Shown: positions 1 to 11,683, counted from the stretch's first letter. The stretch is 64,000 bases of DNA from an uncultured Pseudomonadota bacterium (GCA_949295085.1 CASFJS010000004.1:13372-77371); one strand, 5' to 3'. Translations and numbers: made by a program. The notes: a model not told the origin generated them from the letters alone.

Positions 1-6
1 AGTTTT

Positions 7-465
7 TTAATTCGCCTTTTGCCCGTTGCCTTCACGTGCCTTTTTGGCGTTGAACATTGCCATAAAATCAATCGGATTAATCAACAACGGCGGCAGCCCG
101 GCATTGGTTATGGTGGTGGACACAATTTGCCGTGCAAACGGAAACAACATGTGCGGAATCTCAATCATCAAGACCGGTTCGCGATGTTCTTCCGGAATAT
201 TCAATGTTACCACCGCGCCGTAGGACAACTCAAGAATAAAGGCTTTTTCCTGCTCAATATCACCGTTGATACGAATATTTAAAAGCACGCTAAACGTTTT
301 GTCTTCGTCCAACTTTTGCGCTTCAACATTAACCTCAACGTTAACCTGCGGGTTATGTTGCCTCATTTTTTTAAAAATCGCCGGCGCGTGCGGAATTTCC
401 ATCGACATATCTTTAATATACTGGCTTTGCACCATAATTGCCGGTTGTTGCTGTTGTTCCATCAA
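7..465 (-). CDS. secB: Protein-export chaperone SecB
   Basis: 152 aa. Motifs resemble SecB (YIKDMSMEIPHAP..., FILELSYGAVVTL, IPHMLFPFARQIV). Divergent from the Tim44-like gene, as is typical in alphaproteobacteria. Confidence 0.7.
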   Translation of the reverse strand: MMEQQQQPAIMVQSQYIKDMSMEIPHAPAIFKKMRQHNPQVNVEVNVEAQKLDEDKTFSVLLNIRINGDIEQEKAFILELSYGAVVTLNIPEEHREPVLMIEIPHMLFPFARQIVSTTITNAGLPPLLINPIDFMAMFNAKKAREGNGQKAN

Positions 466-598
466 TATTTCTCCTTATGCTAAGCTGTTTTATACATTCA
501 TACATTCAAAATTTGTTTAGGTCAAATGATAATAAACAGTTGATAAAAATTTACGATAAAGCTATATTTGTACAGGTATAAGAAAAGAGGTAAAATAA

Positions 599-1273
599 AT
601 GACAAATCTGGATATCATCGTCTTGTTGATTGTTGTGGCGCTTATTTTCCAACGTCTGTGGCGGGTTTTGGGTACACGCCCGGAGGAAGAACCCCGCAAA
701 ATCAGAATGAGCCGCGAAAGCGCCGAAAAACTGTGCAATATCCTGCGGGCCGAGGCCGAACGTAAATTCAAAGAACAGGAAAAAGCGTTCGCCGAACCGC
801 AAGAAATCACACCGGTTGAAACGGCTCCGTTGACCGAAACGGAGGCTGCTTTGCGCCGGATTCCGAACTTCCGTGCAGATGCTTTTATCAACGGCGCCAA
901 AAAGGCATTTCAAGTGATCACCGAGGCCTTTAACAAAGCCGATACCGAGGCGCTCAAAATGCTGGTCAGCAATTCGATTTACAAAAAACTGCAAGAAGTG
1001 ATTCGCCAACGTCAGACCGACAAAATGACCGCCGAAACCGAATTTATCTGTTTTGACAAGGCCGAAATTATTCACGCCAAAATTACCGGCAAAAACAAAG
1101 CCGAAATCAGCGTCGAGTTTGTTACCGAGCAAATTAATGTCTTGCGCGACAAAAATGACAAAGTTGTTCAAGGCGACGAAAACTACATCCAAACCATTAC
1201 CGATATCTGGACCTTTGAGCGCCCGCTGGATGCCAAAACGCTCAACTGGGTGTTGGTATCAACCAAAAAATAA
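599..1273 (+). CDS. Tim44-like domain protein (inner-membrane anchored)
   Basis: 224 aa. N-terminal TM helix, charged linker and C-terminal Tim44-like fold signature. Conserved neighbour of secB and mltA in alphaproteobacteria. Confidence 0.55.
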   Translation: MTNLDIIVLLIVVALIFQRLWRVLGTRPEEEPRKIRMSRESAEKLCNILRAEAERKFKEQEKAFAEPQEITPVETAPLTETEAALRRIPNFRADAFINGAKKAFQVITEAFNKADTEALKMLVSNSIYKKLQEVIRQRQTDKMTAETEFICFDKAEIIHAKITGKNKAEISVEFVTEQINVLRDKNDKVVQGDENYIQTITDIWTFERPLDAKTLNWVLVSTKK

Positions 1274-2427
1274 TGCGCAAATACGTATTTTTGACATTGC
1301 TGTTGCTTGTTTTGGGCGCCTGCTCGGAGGAAAAAACGCCTCCGGCAGCAATATCTGATTTGCGCCTTGAACCGGTGTCTTTTGCCGACCTAAAAGGCTT
1401 TGAGGCCGATGATATGTCGCCGGCCTATGAGGCTTTTCGCCGCAGCTGTGCCGTCATAGCAGGGCAAAAAGGCGAATTTTTGGGCGGCGGACAGGCCTCA
1501 ATCAAAATCAACCGTCACGACTATTTGGCGGCCTGTGCCGCGGCGGAAAAAATAACTCCGGCCGGATTTAAGGCATTTATCAAACAATATTTTCGTCCGT
1601 ATCGGGTGGTTTACAAAGATTCGTCCGAAGGCAGGTTTACCGCTTATTATGAAGCCGAAATCAAAGCTTCGCTGACGCCCGATTCCCGCTACAAATATCC
1701 GGTTTACGGCCGGCCGGATGATCTGGTTGAGGTTAATCTTAAAGATTTTGATTCTGCCCTGCCGGCAAAAAAAATTATCGGCCGGGTACAAGAAGGCAAA
1801 CTGGTTCCGTACTACACCCGTGCCGAAATCAACCGTCAGGGGGTTAATGCGCCGGTTATTTTGTGGGCCGACAGCGCGGTCGACCTCTATATTATGCAAA
1901 TACAGGGGTCGGCAGTTGCCCTTTTGCCTGACGGACAACGCCTGCGCGTTGCCTTTGCCGAAAGCAACGGCCGGCCTTTCAAGGGTATCGGGTCGATTTT
2001 GCTGCAAAAAGGGCTTTTGGCGCCCGGTCAGGCGTCCATGGGCAGTATCAAAAAATGGCTCAAAGCCAATCCGGCTCTGGCACGACCGAATATGGATGAA
2101 AATCAACGCTATATCTTTCATCGCCTGGGCAATCCGGAGGGACCGGTCGGTGCGCTCGGCGTGCCGCTGACGGCCGGACGTTCGCTGGCGGTTGACAAAT
2201 CTTTTGTGCCGTTGGGGGCATTGCTCTGGCTGGAAACATCCGCCCCTGACAAAAGCCCGCTGAATCGTCTGGTCTTGGCGCAGGATATCGGCGGTGCCAT
2301 CAAAGGCGCGGTGCGCGGCGACTATTTTTGGGGTTCCGGCGGGGATGATGTTCTGGAGCTGGCCGGCAAAATGAATTCGGCCGGACGCTATTTTGTATTA
2401 TTGCCCGCAACACAGGAGATGAAGTAA
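1273..2427 (+). CDS. mltA: Membrane-bound lytic murein transglycosylase A (MltA)
   Basis: 384 aa. Lipoprotein signal (LLLVLGACSEE) and MltA/3D domain motifs. Start overlaps the upstream stop. Confidence 0.75.
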   Translation: MRKYVFLTLLLLVLGACSEEKTPPAAISDLRLEPVSFADLKGFEADDMSPAYEAFRRSCAVIAGQKGEFLGGGQASIKINRHDYLAACAAAEKITPAGFKAFIKQYFRPYRVVYKDSSEGRFTAYYEAEIKASLTPDSRYKYPVYGRPDDLVEVNLKDFDSALPAKKIIGRVQEGKLVPYYTRAEINRQGVNAPVILWADSAVDLYIMQIQGSAVALLPDGQRLRVAFAESNGRPFKGIGSILLQKGLLAPGQASMGSIKKWLKANPALARPNMDENQRYIFHRLGNPEGPVGALGVPLTAGRSLAVDKSFVPLGALLWLETSAPDKSPLNRLVLAQDIGGAIKGAVRGDYFWGSGGDDVLELAGKMNSAGRYFVLLPATQEMK

Positions 2428-2927
2428 TGTCTAAGACAAGCAACAAAGCCGATGATTTAATCTTTAAGGCGCTGCAAAAAGCAGTGGCCGAAGACCGCCT
2501 GCATATCTGCCTGATAAGCGCAAAGATTAATATTCCGGGCTCACCGGTGTATAATCCGTGGGAAGTTTTGCTACCCTCGCTGCTGCCGGTGTTGTTGGGG
2601 TTGTTTCTGATTTGGGCGGCCGGTATTTTGTGGGGGCTGGCGTTTATGATTGCCGGCATTATGTTATCATCCAATCTTGTAAAAAAGGAGCTGGAACAGC
2701 GCTTGTTTGAACGCACCAGAGCCTTGCTGACATCCGATTACGAAAATTGCTGCCGCTTGTGGGCGTTCGGCGGTATTGTTTTGGTTAATGCTGCGGACAA
2801 AAGCCAAGGCTGCGTTGCGCCGGACGGCAATTGGAAAGAATTTGTGGTCCTGCATTTTGCCGACTTGATGATCGATAAAAAAACAGACGAACCAGAGCAA
2901 GAGGCCGTTGATGAAAAAGCTGCTTGA
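2427..2927 (+). CDS. Hypothetical membrane protein
   Basis: 166 aa with two predicted TM helices. Translationally coupled between mltA and smr. Confidence 0.3.
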   Translation: MSKTSNKADDLIFKALQKAVAEDRLHICLISAKINIPGSPVYNPWEVLLPSLLPVLLGLFLIWAAGILWGLAFMIAGIMLSSNLVKKELEQRLFERTRALLTSDYENCCRLWAFGGIVLVNAADKSQGCVAPDGNWKEFVVLHFADLMIDKKTDEPEQEAVDEKAA

Positions 2928-3471
2928 AAAACAGCCTGAGGATATCGAATCCTGGCAGGAAGAAATAAGCGGCATACGGCGGTTAAAACAACCGGAAGAA
3001 CGGCCGTCGGCACCGTTGGTGCTGGACGAGGTCAGGCTTTCTCCGCAAATGGAGGGGGTATATAATATCAATTCGTTTACACCGTTGGTTTTGGGTAAAA
3101 CCGATTGTCTGGACCGCAACACGGCCGAAAAATTCCGTAACGGCCGTTTCAAAATTGATGCTAGGCTTGATTTGCACGGCCGCACCGAAAAAGAAGCTTT
3201 TGCCGCCGTGCTTGATTTTATTCGTTACAGTTTTAGCTTAAAACGACGCTGCGTGTTAATCATTACCGGCAAGGGAATAAAAAAAGAAGATGATGTCTGG
3301 TATGAGGCTAAAGGTATTATCCGCGAGGCTCTGCCGGGCTGGCTTAATCATGCCGATATTCGTCCTTTTGTATTGGGTATCACACAGGCTTTGCCGGCCG
3401 ACGGCGGTTCCGGTGCTTTTTATGTTCTGCTTAAAAGACAACGTTTGTCAAACCAAACCCAAAAATTTTAA
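2908..3471 (+). CDS. Smr domain protein (MutS2-like small endonuclease)
   Basis: 187 aa. C-terminal Smr motif LDLHGRTEKEA...IITGKG. mltA-smr linkage is typical of alphaproteobacteria. Confidence 0.65.
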   Translation: MMKKLLEKQPEDIESWQEEISGIRRLKQPEERPSAPLVLDEVRLSPQMEGVYNINSFTPLVLGKTDCLDRNTAEKFRNGRFKIDARLDLHGRTEKEAFAAVLDFIRYSFSLKRRCVLIITGKGIKKEDDVWYEAKGIIREALPGWLNHADIRPFVLGITQALPADGGSGAFYVLLKRQRLSNQTQKF

Positions 3472-3894
3472 AATAATCCAAATTGCCATAAATTCGAGCA
3501 CGATCATCAGGCGGTACATGTTTTGAAAGCTTTTTTTGGCGGTTTTGTGGCGGAAAATTTTTTGCCCCAGCCGGGCTCCGATCCAGCCGCCCAAAAACTC
3601 CAGCATGTGCAAGTCGTTTTCCGGCACGCGCCAGGCACGGCGGACAGCGGCGTGTTTATCAATGCCGTAAGCGATAAAAGTGGTCAGGTTGATACAAATG
3701 AGGTGAAACATCAAAAACAATAAAATAATTTTGTATGAAAAAATATTTTCAACCCGGAACAAATGATTCTCGGCAAAATAAGCCGCCCCGATAACAAGTG
3801 CCGCATTCAATAAATAAAACCGATTGCGCCGCAGAGGATACACCAAAACGGCCAGTCCCAAAAGAAATATCGTAAAAACCAGTGTCATTGTCAA
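3448..3894 (-). CDS. DUF1294 family membrane protein
   Basis: 148 aa. YGIDKHAAVRRAWRVPE...GGWIGA...FRHKT motif of DUF1294. Confidence 0.5.
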   Translation of the reverse strand: MTMTLVFTIFLLGLAVLVYPLRRNRFYLLNAALVIGAAYFAENHLFRVENIFSYKIILLFLMFHLICINLTTFIAYGIDKHAAVRRAWRVPENDLHMLEFLGGWIGARLGQKIFRHKTAKKSFQNMYRLMIVLEFMAIWIILKFLGLV

Positions 3895-4025
3895 AATCTC
3901 ACCGTTGTTGATTTTTATTTCGTAGCCTAAACCAAATGGACCTAAAAAGCAAATAGTGAATAAGTAAAAAATATAATTTTCATTTTACGGCAATGCCGTT
4001 ATAGTTAATACAAACGGCCGCACGG

Positions 4026-4634
4026 ATGGAGAATAAAGTGATGCAAAAACAAATTATAACAGTCATAAGCCTTTTGGTGCTGACAGCCTGTAGCAACCGG
4101 ACATCGACGGTGTTTGATTTTTTCAGCCGGAAAGATACGCCGGCGGATGTTGCTTATGTTGCCGATGAAGCAGGTGAAACAAATAGTCAAATTTCCGGTG
4201 CCGGCTACCATCTGGTAAAACGCGCGGATCGTTACGCCGCGGCAGATTATATCATCTTGCCGCAGGAATATGCCGTTGTGGCAACTCGGGCCGTCAATAA
4301 AATGCTGGCCGATGTTCCGGCAATTTTTGCGGCCGATAAAGATGCTCCGCTGTATATCGAAGACACGAATGTTATTGACCGTTATCTTCCGCAAGGTCGC
4401 GAAATGGCCGGAAAAACAGCCAAAGAAATTTTGATTAACTCGCAAATGTTTAATGTGACGGATGACAAAACATCTGCGGTCTATATTTTGAAAAGCAGTC
4501 TCAACAATACCAACACGCCGGAAGTTCCGGTTTTAATTTACAGACTGGAATTATATGACAAAGACGGCAATTTACAGGGCAGTTGGTGGGATACGCTGCG
4601 GCAGGTGCAAAATGATGATGGAAGCTGGTGGTAA
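4026..4634 (+). CDS. Putative lipoprotein
   Basis: 202 aa. Signal peptide with lipobox LTACS. Confidence 0.4.
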   Translation: MENKVMQKQIITVISLLVLTACSNRTSTVFDFFSRKDTPADVAYVADEAGETNSQISGAGYHLVKRADRYAAADYIILPQEYAVVATRAVNKMLADVPAIFAADKDAPLYIEDTNVIDRYLPQGREMAGKTAKEILINSQMFNVTDDKTSAVYILKSSLNNTNTPEVPVLIYRLELYDKDGNLQGSWWDTLRQVQNDDGSWW

Positions 4635-5663
4635 ATGACAAAAAACAGCTTGTATTTATTACTGGCAGCATTGTTCATAAGTCTTCCGGTTCGGGCGCAG
4701 GTCGGCGACAGCGAAAATGAGATATCCGTTTTTGCTTCCGGCTGTGAAACTTTGATTAATAACGAGAGTAAAGCATCGGCCAGAGTGCGTGCCACCGATA
4801 AGGCATCTTTTAAGGCCGTAGAAGAAATTCCGGAGCTGAGCCGTTTTCGCAGCCGGATGAAAACCCACGATTTTAATATCAAGATTTATCAACTTGTCGA
4901 TAATTATCTGGAAGACTTAAAAATAACGGCGACCAGTCCGAACGATGATCAGGTATGTATTGAGCTCAGCGCATATCTTCCGGCATCGGCCGTTCGGGAA
5001 GTCTTTGCCGAAGAAAGCAATGCTCCGGCAGCGGAAGATATGGCGTTAGAAGTTGAAAATATCGATGATAATGTCAATATTACCGTTCCGCCCAAACCGG
5101 ATATAACAATTAACCGGCAGATAGCTTACGAAAAAGCGGCCGCCGCACCTGTTGAAGCCGTAGAACAGGAACCGTTGCCGGTTGCAGAAAAGGCCGCAAC
5201 GATATCCGAACCGGTGCAAAACAACAAAACAAAAGTTTTTATTGAACAAACAAAATTTTATAACGGAACTTCTACCGGAGGTTTTTTTGCCGAATTAGAA
5301 AAAAATTTGCGGACCAAGCCCGGCGTGGAGGCGGTGACCCGACAAGACAATGCCGATTATGTTTTAGAAACGGAAATCCTGAAAGCCCGGGTTGACAATA
5401 TCAATTCGGAAACACGGCGGCTGCAGATTGTCGTGTCGTTAAAGTTAACCGATGTTGCGGCGGAAAAAACCACAACCGAACATCAAAACCGCTTTATTTT
5501 GTTCAACGCTTCGGATGATGCCCAAACCGTTGCCGCCGATCTGACTCGTAAGCTGTTGTCTGCCGGGGTTTCCAAACTGTTGCCGGATATAAAAACCTTT
5601 GAACAAACCTCCGTCATCACGCCTGATCGTCCTCATTTTCAAGCCAGGCCGGATGCAGCTTGA
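4635..5663 (+). CDS. Secreted hypothetical protein
   Basis: 342 aa. N-terminal signal peptide (LLAALFISLPVRAQ) followed by an Ala/Glu/Pro-rich central region. Confidence 0.35.
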   Translation: MTKNSLYLLLAALFISLPVRAQVGDSENEISVFASGCETLINNESKASARVRATDKASFKAVEEIPELSRFRSRMKTHDFNIKIYQLVDNYLEDLKITATSPNDDQVCIELSAYLPASAVREVFAEESNAPAAEDMALEVENIDDNVNITVPPKPDITINRQIAYEKAAAAPVEAVEQEPLPVAEKAATISEPVQNNKTKVFIEQTKFYNGTSTGGFFAELEKNLRTKPGVEAVTRQDNADYVLETEILKARVDNINSETRRLQIVVSLKLTDVAAEKTTTEHQNRFILFNASDDAQTVAADLTRKLLSAGVSKLLPDIKTFEQTSVITPDRPHFQARPDAA

Positions 5664-6384
5664 TGTTAAACATCCTGAAAAACAAATCATCCAGCGGCGG
5701 TTGCTGCATACTTAAAAAATAGCCGTTGATTTTTTCCAGAAGTTGTTCCTGCATAGCCGCATTTTGCGGAACATCAAGTGAGGTGTAAAGCAGCAGCTCA
5801 ACACCTTCGCCTTCATGTAAGGCATATTCCCAGGCACATAAACAGTTTTTCAAATTATCCGTCATAATTTTAATAACGGCTCGGTAATCCTTTACGGACA
5901 TGTTTAAGGCATGTTCGGCGGCAAAGTCAAACAGAGGCCGTTCCTGTTCATAAACTTCCGGATATTCGCCAATTTGTTTAAGCAGGGATAATTGTCCCGA
6001 TAACAAAGCATATTTTACCATAACCATATAAAAGGACTGTAAATTATCACGTATGTGATTCAATCTGTCCTGCAGCAAAATACCGGCTTTTTCAACTTCG
6101 CCGAGGTTGAGCAGGTTATCACAATAAATGAGCTCAAAAAATGAAGATAATTCACCGCCCAGGCTCCATATTTTGTTACTGAGAGCCAAAGCATTTGAAG
6201 GGTTGCCGAGCATAATATTAACCAACATCAAGCCAATAAGAGCATTAATGGAATCAGGACATTGCCGGTAAATTTCTTTCAATTTTTGTTCGGCGGGCAA
6301 AATATCAAAAGTTTGTGAGAACGGATATTCCAGCAACTCGTCAATGATAAGACGTGCTTGCTTGCGGGCTTCTTCTTTTTCCAT
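5617..6384 (-). CDS. Hypothetical protein (helical repeat-like)
   Basis: 255-aa ORF with good coding appearance, upstream of dtd on the same strand. Confidence 0.3.
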   Translation of the reverse strand: MEKEEARKQARLIIDELLEYPFSQTFDILPAEQKLKEIYRQCPDSINALIGLMLVNIMLGNPSNALALSNKIWSLGGELSSFFELIYCDNLLNLGEVEKAGILLQDRLNHIRDNLQSFYMVMVKYALLSGQLSLLKQIGEYPEVYEQERPLFDFAAEHALNMSVKDYRAVIKIMTDNLKNCLCAWEYALHEGEGVELLLYTSLDVPQNAAMQEQLLEKINGYFLSMQQPPLDDLFFRMFNIKLHPAWLENEDDQA

Positions 6385-6387
6385 GTT

Positions 6388-6828
6388 TTATCTCCTTTCC
6401 AGCATAAAGGTAACCGGCCCGTCATTCACCAGGCTGACCAGCATTTCCGCCTGAAAAACACCGCACCGGACATCAATCCCGTAGCCTCTCAGGCAGGATA
6501 CAAAATATTCATAAAGCGGTTTGGCGTCTTCGGGACGGGCCGCGGTTTCAAATCCCGGTCGATTGCCGCGCGAGGTGTCTCCGGCCAACGTAAATTGTGA
6601 TACCGCCAAAATTTGTCCGCCGACCTCCAAAACGGACAAATTCATTTTACCTTGAGCGTCTTCAAATATTCTCAAATGAGCAGTCTTTTTGGCCAGATAA
6701 TCGGCAACTTCCGTTGTATCACCGCGTTCAATGCCGATTAAAAGCAAAAATCCTTTATGGATAGCCGCGACTTCCGAGCCGTTGACGACAACATTGGCCT
6801 GCGTAACACGTTGAATAAGTACTTTCAT
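6388..6828 (-). CDS. dtd: D-aminoacyl-tRNA deacylase
   Basis: MKVLIQRV... start and SQFTLAGD motif, about 147 aa as in Dtd. Start placed at the second Met. Confidence 0.75.
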   Translation of the reverse strand: MKVLIQRVTQANVVVNGSEVAAIHKGFLLLIGIERGDTTEVADYLAKKTAHLRIFEDAQGKMNLSVLEVGGQILAVSQFTLAGDTSRGNRPGFETAARPEDAKPLYEYFVSCLRGYGIDVRCGVFQAEMLVSLVNDGPVTFMLERR

Positions 6829-6839
6829 TTTCGTTTCTT

Positions 6840-8063
6840 TCAATAAAATAAATATGCCAAAACAATTGCCGCGCCGATTCCGGCAAAATCAGACAACAAA
6901 GCCAACGGAAGAGCCGCACCGGTTTTGCTGATTTTAACCGCGCCGAAGTAAACCGCCAGCACATAAAAAGTTGTTTCGGTTGACCCCTGAATGATGGAGG
7001 CGGTAAACCCGGCAAAGCTGTCAACGCCATAGGTCGAAAAGGTGTCCAGCATCATGGCGCGAGCGCCGCTGCCGGATAGGGGTTTCATCAAGGCTGTCGG
7101 CAAAGCGGCAACAAAATCCGTGTTAATATGAAGCCTCTCAAAGCACCAGGCAATCCCGGAACAAATATAATCCAATCCGCCGGCGGTTCGAAAAACGCCG
7201 ATAGCAACCAGCATCGCCACAAGATAGGGAATAATCTGCATCGCAATTTTGAATCCGTCCCTGGCTCCCTCAATAAAAGTTTCATAAACATCAATTTTTT
7301 TAATCAGACCCGAAACAATAAATCCGAGCACCAAAGCAAACAAAATCAAATTGCTGATACAATAAGATACCCGTGTCCGGGCTGCCTCGTCCAGAGCGGC
7401 AAATCCGAAAGCCACAGCCGCAACAAACAAAATGCCGCCGCCGAGATAAGCCAACACCACCCGGTTGAAGATATTAATTCGTTGCCACAAAAGCGTTGCC
7501 AAAAAGCCGGTCAGGGTTGATACGGATGTTGCCAGCAAAATCGGAATAAAAACGGCCGCCGGATTTGTCGAGCCCATCTGGTAACGATACATCAAAATAG
7601 TAATGGGAATGAGTGTTACCGAAGACGAGTTGATAACCATAAACAGTATTTGTGCATCAGAGGCTTTGTCTTTGTGCGGGTTAACCTGTTGCAGTTGTTC
7701 CATGGCTTTGAGCCCCATCGGCGTTGCGGCGTTGTCCAGTCCCAAGACATTGGCGGCAATATTCATCATCATTGATCCAAAGGCCGGCGATTTTTTGGGA
7801 ATATCGGGCATAATACGATAAAACAGGGGGTAAAGCGCTTTTGCCAACAAACCGGTCAGTCCGGATCTTTCGGCGATTTTCATACATCCGAGCCAAAAGC
7901 ATAAAATGCCGGTTAAATTAAGAGCGATTTTAAAACCGTTGTTAGCACTGGCAAACAGACTGTTAACCAATTCCGGCCATATTTCCCAGTTGCCGGTTAT
8001 CGATTGCCAGACAGCCGTCAGCCCGGCCAAAATAAAAAATGCGGCCCAGATAATATTCAACAT
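6840..8063 (-). CDS. Nucleoside-recognition (Gate) domain membrane protein, SpmA/SpmB-like transporter
   Basis: 407-aa polytopic membrane protein with two Gate-domain halves. Confidence 0.45.
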   Translation of the reverse strand: MLNIIWAAFFILAGLTAVWQSITGNWEIWPELVNSLFASANNGFKIALNLTGILCFWLGCMKIAERSGLTGLLAKALYPLFYRIMPDIPKKSPAFGSMMMNIAANVLGLDNAATPMGLKAMEQLQQVNPHKDKASDAQILFMVINSSSVTLIPITILMYRYQMGSTNPAAVFIPILLATSVSTLTGFLATLLWQRINIFNRVVLAYLGGGILFVAAVAFGFAALDEAARTRVSYCISNLILFALVLGFIVSGLIKKIDVYETFIEGARDGFKIAMQIIPYLVAMLVAIGVFRTAGGLDYICSGIAWCFERLHINTDFVAALPTALMKPLSGSGARAMMLDTFSTYGVDSFAGFTASIIQGSTETTFYVLAVYFGAVKISKTGAALPLALLSDFAGIGAAIVLAYLFY

Positions 8064-8099
8064 ATTTTATATTCCAGTACTGCCGTCAAAAGTTTGAAA

Positions 8100-8135
8100 T
8101 ACAAAAAACCCCTTTGTTAAACAACAAAAGGATTT
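8100..8135 (-). terminator. Rho-independent terminator downstream of the LOG gene
   Basis: On the minus strand, CCTTTTGTT..AACAAAGGGG hairpin followed by TTTTTTGT. Confidence 0.45.
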
Positions 8136-8159
8136 TAACAACAGCGGCTTAAAATTTAT

Positions 8160-9074
8160 TTAAGAAGACTTTTCCGAACGTGAATTTTTCAATTTCGTCA
8201 GTTTATCGCTGACCATGGCCGTATCGCGTCCGGCTTTGGCCAGACGGTCATACATACGGGCAATTTCTTTTTCCAGATAGGCCTTTTCTATTTCATCATG
8301 CAGAGTGCGTTTCTGTTCCATTGAGCCGTTTTGCTCAATTTCCTGCATCTCATTGATCAGGTGTTCGACCCAGATTTTGCCGATTTTCTTTTTAATAAAA
8401 TAAGGCAATTCATAAGCCAGTTGACGTGCATGATAATAAGCCTCTTTAAAGCTCTCGCAGTCATTGTAGCGCAGTTTCAAAAGACGAAAGGCAATTTCAA
8501 GCTCCTCATTATTATCCACTACAATAAACGGCACCGGCTGAGCAAACCCCGATTTTACCATATCTTTAAGATACTCGAGAATATGGTAAAAGAATCCGTT
8601 GATGTTATAAACAATAAAAGGCTTGGTCTTGATAAAGCCGTCTTGCATGGCCACACAATCGTAAGCCAGCTCGTCAAGTGTGCCGACCCCGCCGGGGGCA
8701 AACACGATAATATCGGCATCAAACAGCTTTTTTTTGCGGTTTTCGATTGTATCGGTCAAAACGACATCGGTCACTTTTTCCAACAGAGCGTCTTTTTCAT
8801 AAAGGTCATAATACTCCTGCGTGGTAATACCGACAATCGGGCTGACGGCGTCATAAAGATCCTTATGCGTTTCCCATTCATCCAAAACACCTTTGGCCAC
8901 AGCCCCCATTACGCCGGAATTAGAAAATCCGTAGTCCAGCCTAAAGCCGAGCTTGGCAATAAGTCGTCCCATTTGATAGGTCTCTTGCTCATAAATCGGA
9001 TCATTACCCGATGAATGTCCGCCGGAAACACAAACACGCAAATTTGTTTTAATCGCACCACAATTATCCGTCAT
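8160..9074 (-). CDS. LOG family protein (TIGR00730 Rossmann-fold nucleotide-binding / cytokinin riboside 5'-monophosphate phosphoribohydrolase-like), long form
   Basis: GGHSSGND..., PGGVGTLDEL and other LOG motifs, with a C-terminal helical extension. Confidence 0.6.
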   Translation of the reverse strand: MTDNCGAIKTNLRVCVSGGHSSGNDPIYEQETYQMGRLIAKLGFRLDYGFSNSGVMGAVAKGVLDEWETHKDLYDAVSPIVGITTQEYYDLYEKDALLEKVTDVVLTDTIENRKKKLFDADIIVFAPGGVGTLDELAYDCVAMQDGFIKTKPFIVYNINGFFYHILEYLKDMVKSGFAQPVPFIVVDNNEELEIAFRLLKLRYNDCESFKEAYYHARQLAYELPYFIKKKIGKIWVEHLINEMQEIEQNGSMEQKRTLHDEIEKAYLEKEIARMYDRLAKAGRDTAMVSDKLTKLKNSRSEKSS

Positions 9075-9077
9075 GTC

Positions 9078-10214
<1,137 letters not shown>

Positions 10215-10270
10215 TCATTTTCCATTACTGCGGATAATGCCCCAGAACAAACGGAAAAGCAAGTTTTTAA

Positions 10271-10984
10271 TTAGTCGGTGTCATCAGAGGTATCGGCTTG
10301 CGGATTGATATCAATGGCATATCCGGTTGCGCGAACCGTGCGGATATAGTCCTGTCCGTATTGGTTAAGCGCACGCCGCAGCCGGCGGATATGGACATCT
10401 ACCGTGCGTGATTCAACATAAATATTATTTCCCCAGACATTTTTAAGCAAAAACTCGCGTGAAAAAACTTTGCCGGGGTTTTCCATCAGCATTTTAAGCA
10501 ATCGAAATTCGGTTGGCCCGAGATGAATATAAGTATCGCCGCGAAAAACTTTTTTCTCGATTAAATCCATGCGGATATCTTCAAAGACGAGTTCCGCTTC
10601 GGTTTGCGGTTCCGGCGCCCGCCTGAGTTGGCTTTTGACTCGCGCCATCAATTCCGGCACGGAAAAAGGCTTGGTTACATAATCATCGGCGCCGGCATCG
10701 AGCCCCCTGACTTTGTCCTCTTCCTCGCCTTTGGCGGTCAGCATAATAATCGGAATATTTTTGATATCCGGCTTGGAGCGGATAAGCTTGCAAATTTCAA
10801 CACCGGAAATTTCAGGCAACATCCAGTCCAAAAGAATAACCGACGGCTGATATTTTTCCGCATCGGCAATGGCCCGGCTGCCGCGCGATTGCACCAAAAC
10901 ATCATAGCCTTCTTTTTCCAGATTATATTTTAACATCAAGCCGATGGCTTCTTCATCTTCAACCACCATGATTAAATTTTTCAT
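10271..10984 (-). CDS. OmpR/PhoB-family response regulator (PhoB-like)
   Basis: 237 aa. Receiver domain (ILLDWMLP, DDYVTKPF) plus winged-helix domain, with high similarity to PhoB motifs. No cognate kinase is adjacent. Confidence 0.75.
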   Translation of the reverse strand: MKNLIMVVEDEEAIGLMLKYNLEKEGYDVLVQSRGSRAIADAEKYQPSVILLDWMLPEISGVEICKLIRSKPDIKNIPIIMLTAKGEEEDKVRGLDAGADDYVTKPFSVPELMARVKSQLRRAPEPQTEAELVFEDIRMDLIEKKVFRGDTYIHLGPTEFRLLKMLMENPGKVFSREFLLKNVWGNNIYVESRTVDVHIRRLRRALNQYGQDYIRTVRATGYAIDINPQADTSDDTD

Positions 10985-11047
10985 CAGGCCTCTCCTTGAA
11001 TGCAGAGTACACTTTCATAGCCTAACCCTATATCGGGCAGGTTAAAA

Positions 11048-11683
11048 TTATCTTAAGGCTTTAATATTTTTGGCAAGTTCTCCGCCGGCAAATACGGCCG
11101 TTCCGGCCACCAGCATATCGGCACCGGCAGCGGCGGCTTCGGCGGCCGTCATCGGATTAATACCGCCGTCAACACTCAGGGTAATGTCACGGGAGCCGAT
11201 AAGCTTGCGTATTTTAGCGATTTTGGGCAGTTGGTTATCCATAAATTTTTGGCCGCCGAATCCGGGGTTGACCGTCATGACCAAAACCAAATCAAGCCGA
11301 TCCAGAACATATTCCAAAACCGTCTCCGGAGTCGACGGGTTGAGTGCAATGCCGGCCTTAAGCCCCAGTGAGTGAATGGCATCAAGCGTCTTGTCCAGAT
11401 GCGGGCATACCTCCGCATGGACGGTCAGCATATCCGCACCGGCCAAAGCAAACCATTCCAGCATTTCATCGGGGGCTTGGACCATCAGGTGTGCATCAAA
11501 CGGCAGCTTGGTATAAGGTCGTATGGCTTTAACCACACAAGGGCCGAAAGTCAGGTTTGGTACAAAATGACCATCCATCACATCCAGGTGAATGGCATCG
11601 GCGCCGGCCTCATCCAGTCGGATAATCTCATTTTTTAAATCGGCAAAATCGGCAGACAAAAGACTCGGGGCAATCTTAACCAT
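11048..11683 (-). CDS. rpe: Ribulose-phosphate 3-epimerase
   Basis: 211 aa. HLDVMDGHFVPN and VDGG motifs. Confidence 0.88.
   Translation of the reverse strand: MVKIAPSLLSADFADLKNEIIRLDEAGADAIHLDVMDGHFVPNLTFGPCVVKAIRPYTKLPFDAHLMVQAPDEMLEWFALAGADMLTVHAEVCPHLDKTLDAIHSLGLKAGIALNPSTPETVLEYVLDRLDLVLVMTVNPGFGGQKFMDNQLPKIAKIRKLIGSRDITLSVDGGINPMTAAEAAAAGADMLVAGTAVFAGGELAKNIKALR

Noticed and set aside
551-1192. Long antisense or alternative-frame ORFs inside well-supported genes. Examples: 551-1192(-), 1498-2121(-), 8331-9014(+), 15001-15660(-), 38020-38646(+), 44849-45811(+), 56250-56783(-), 57365-58066(-), 61801-62340(+), 46910-47401(-).
   Set aside because: Each overlaps a gene with clear homology-type motifs on the other strand or frame. 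Such shadow ORFs are typical of GC-moderate sequence, and none has an RBS or recognisable motifs.
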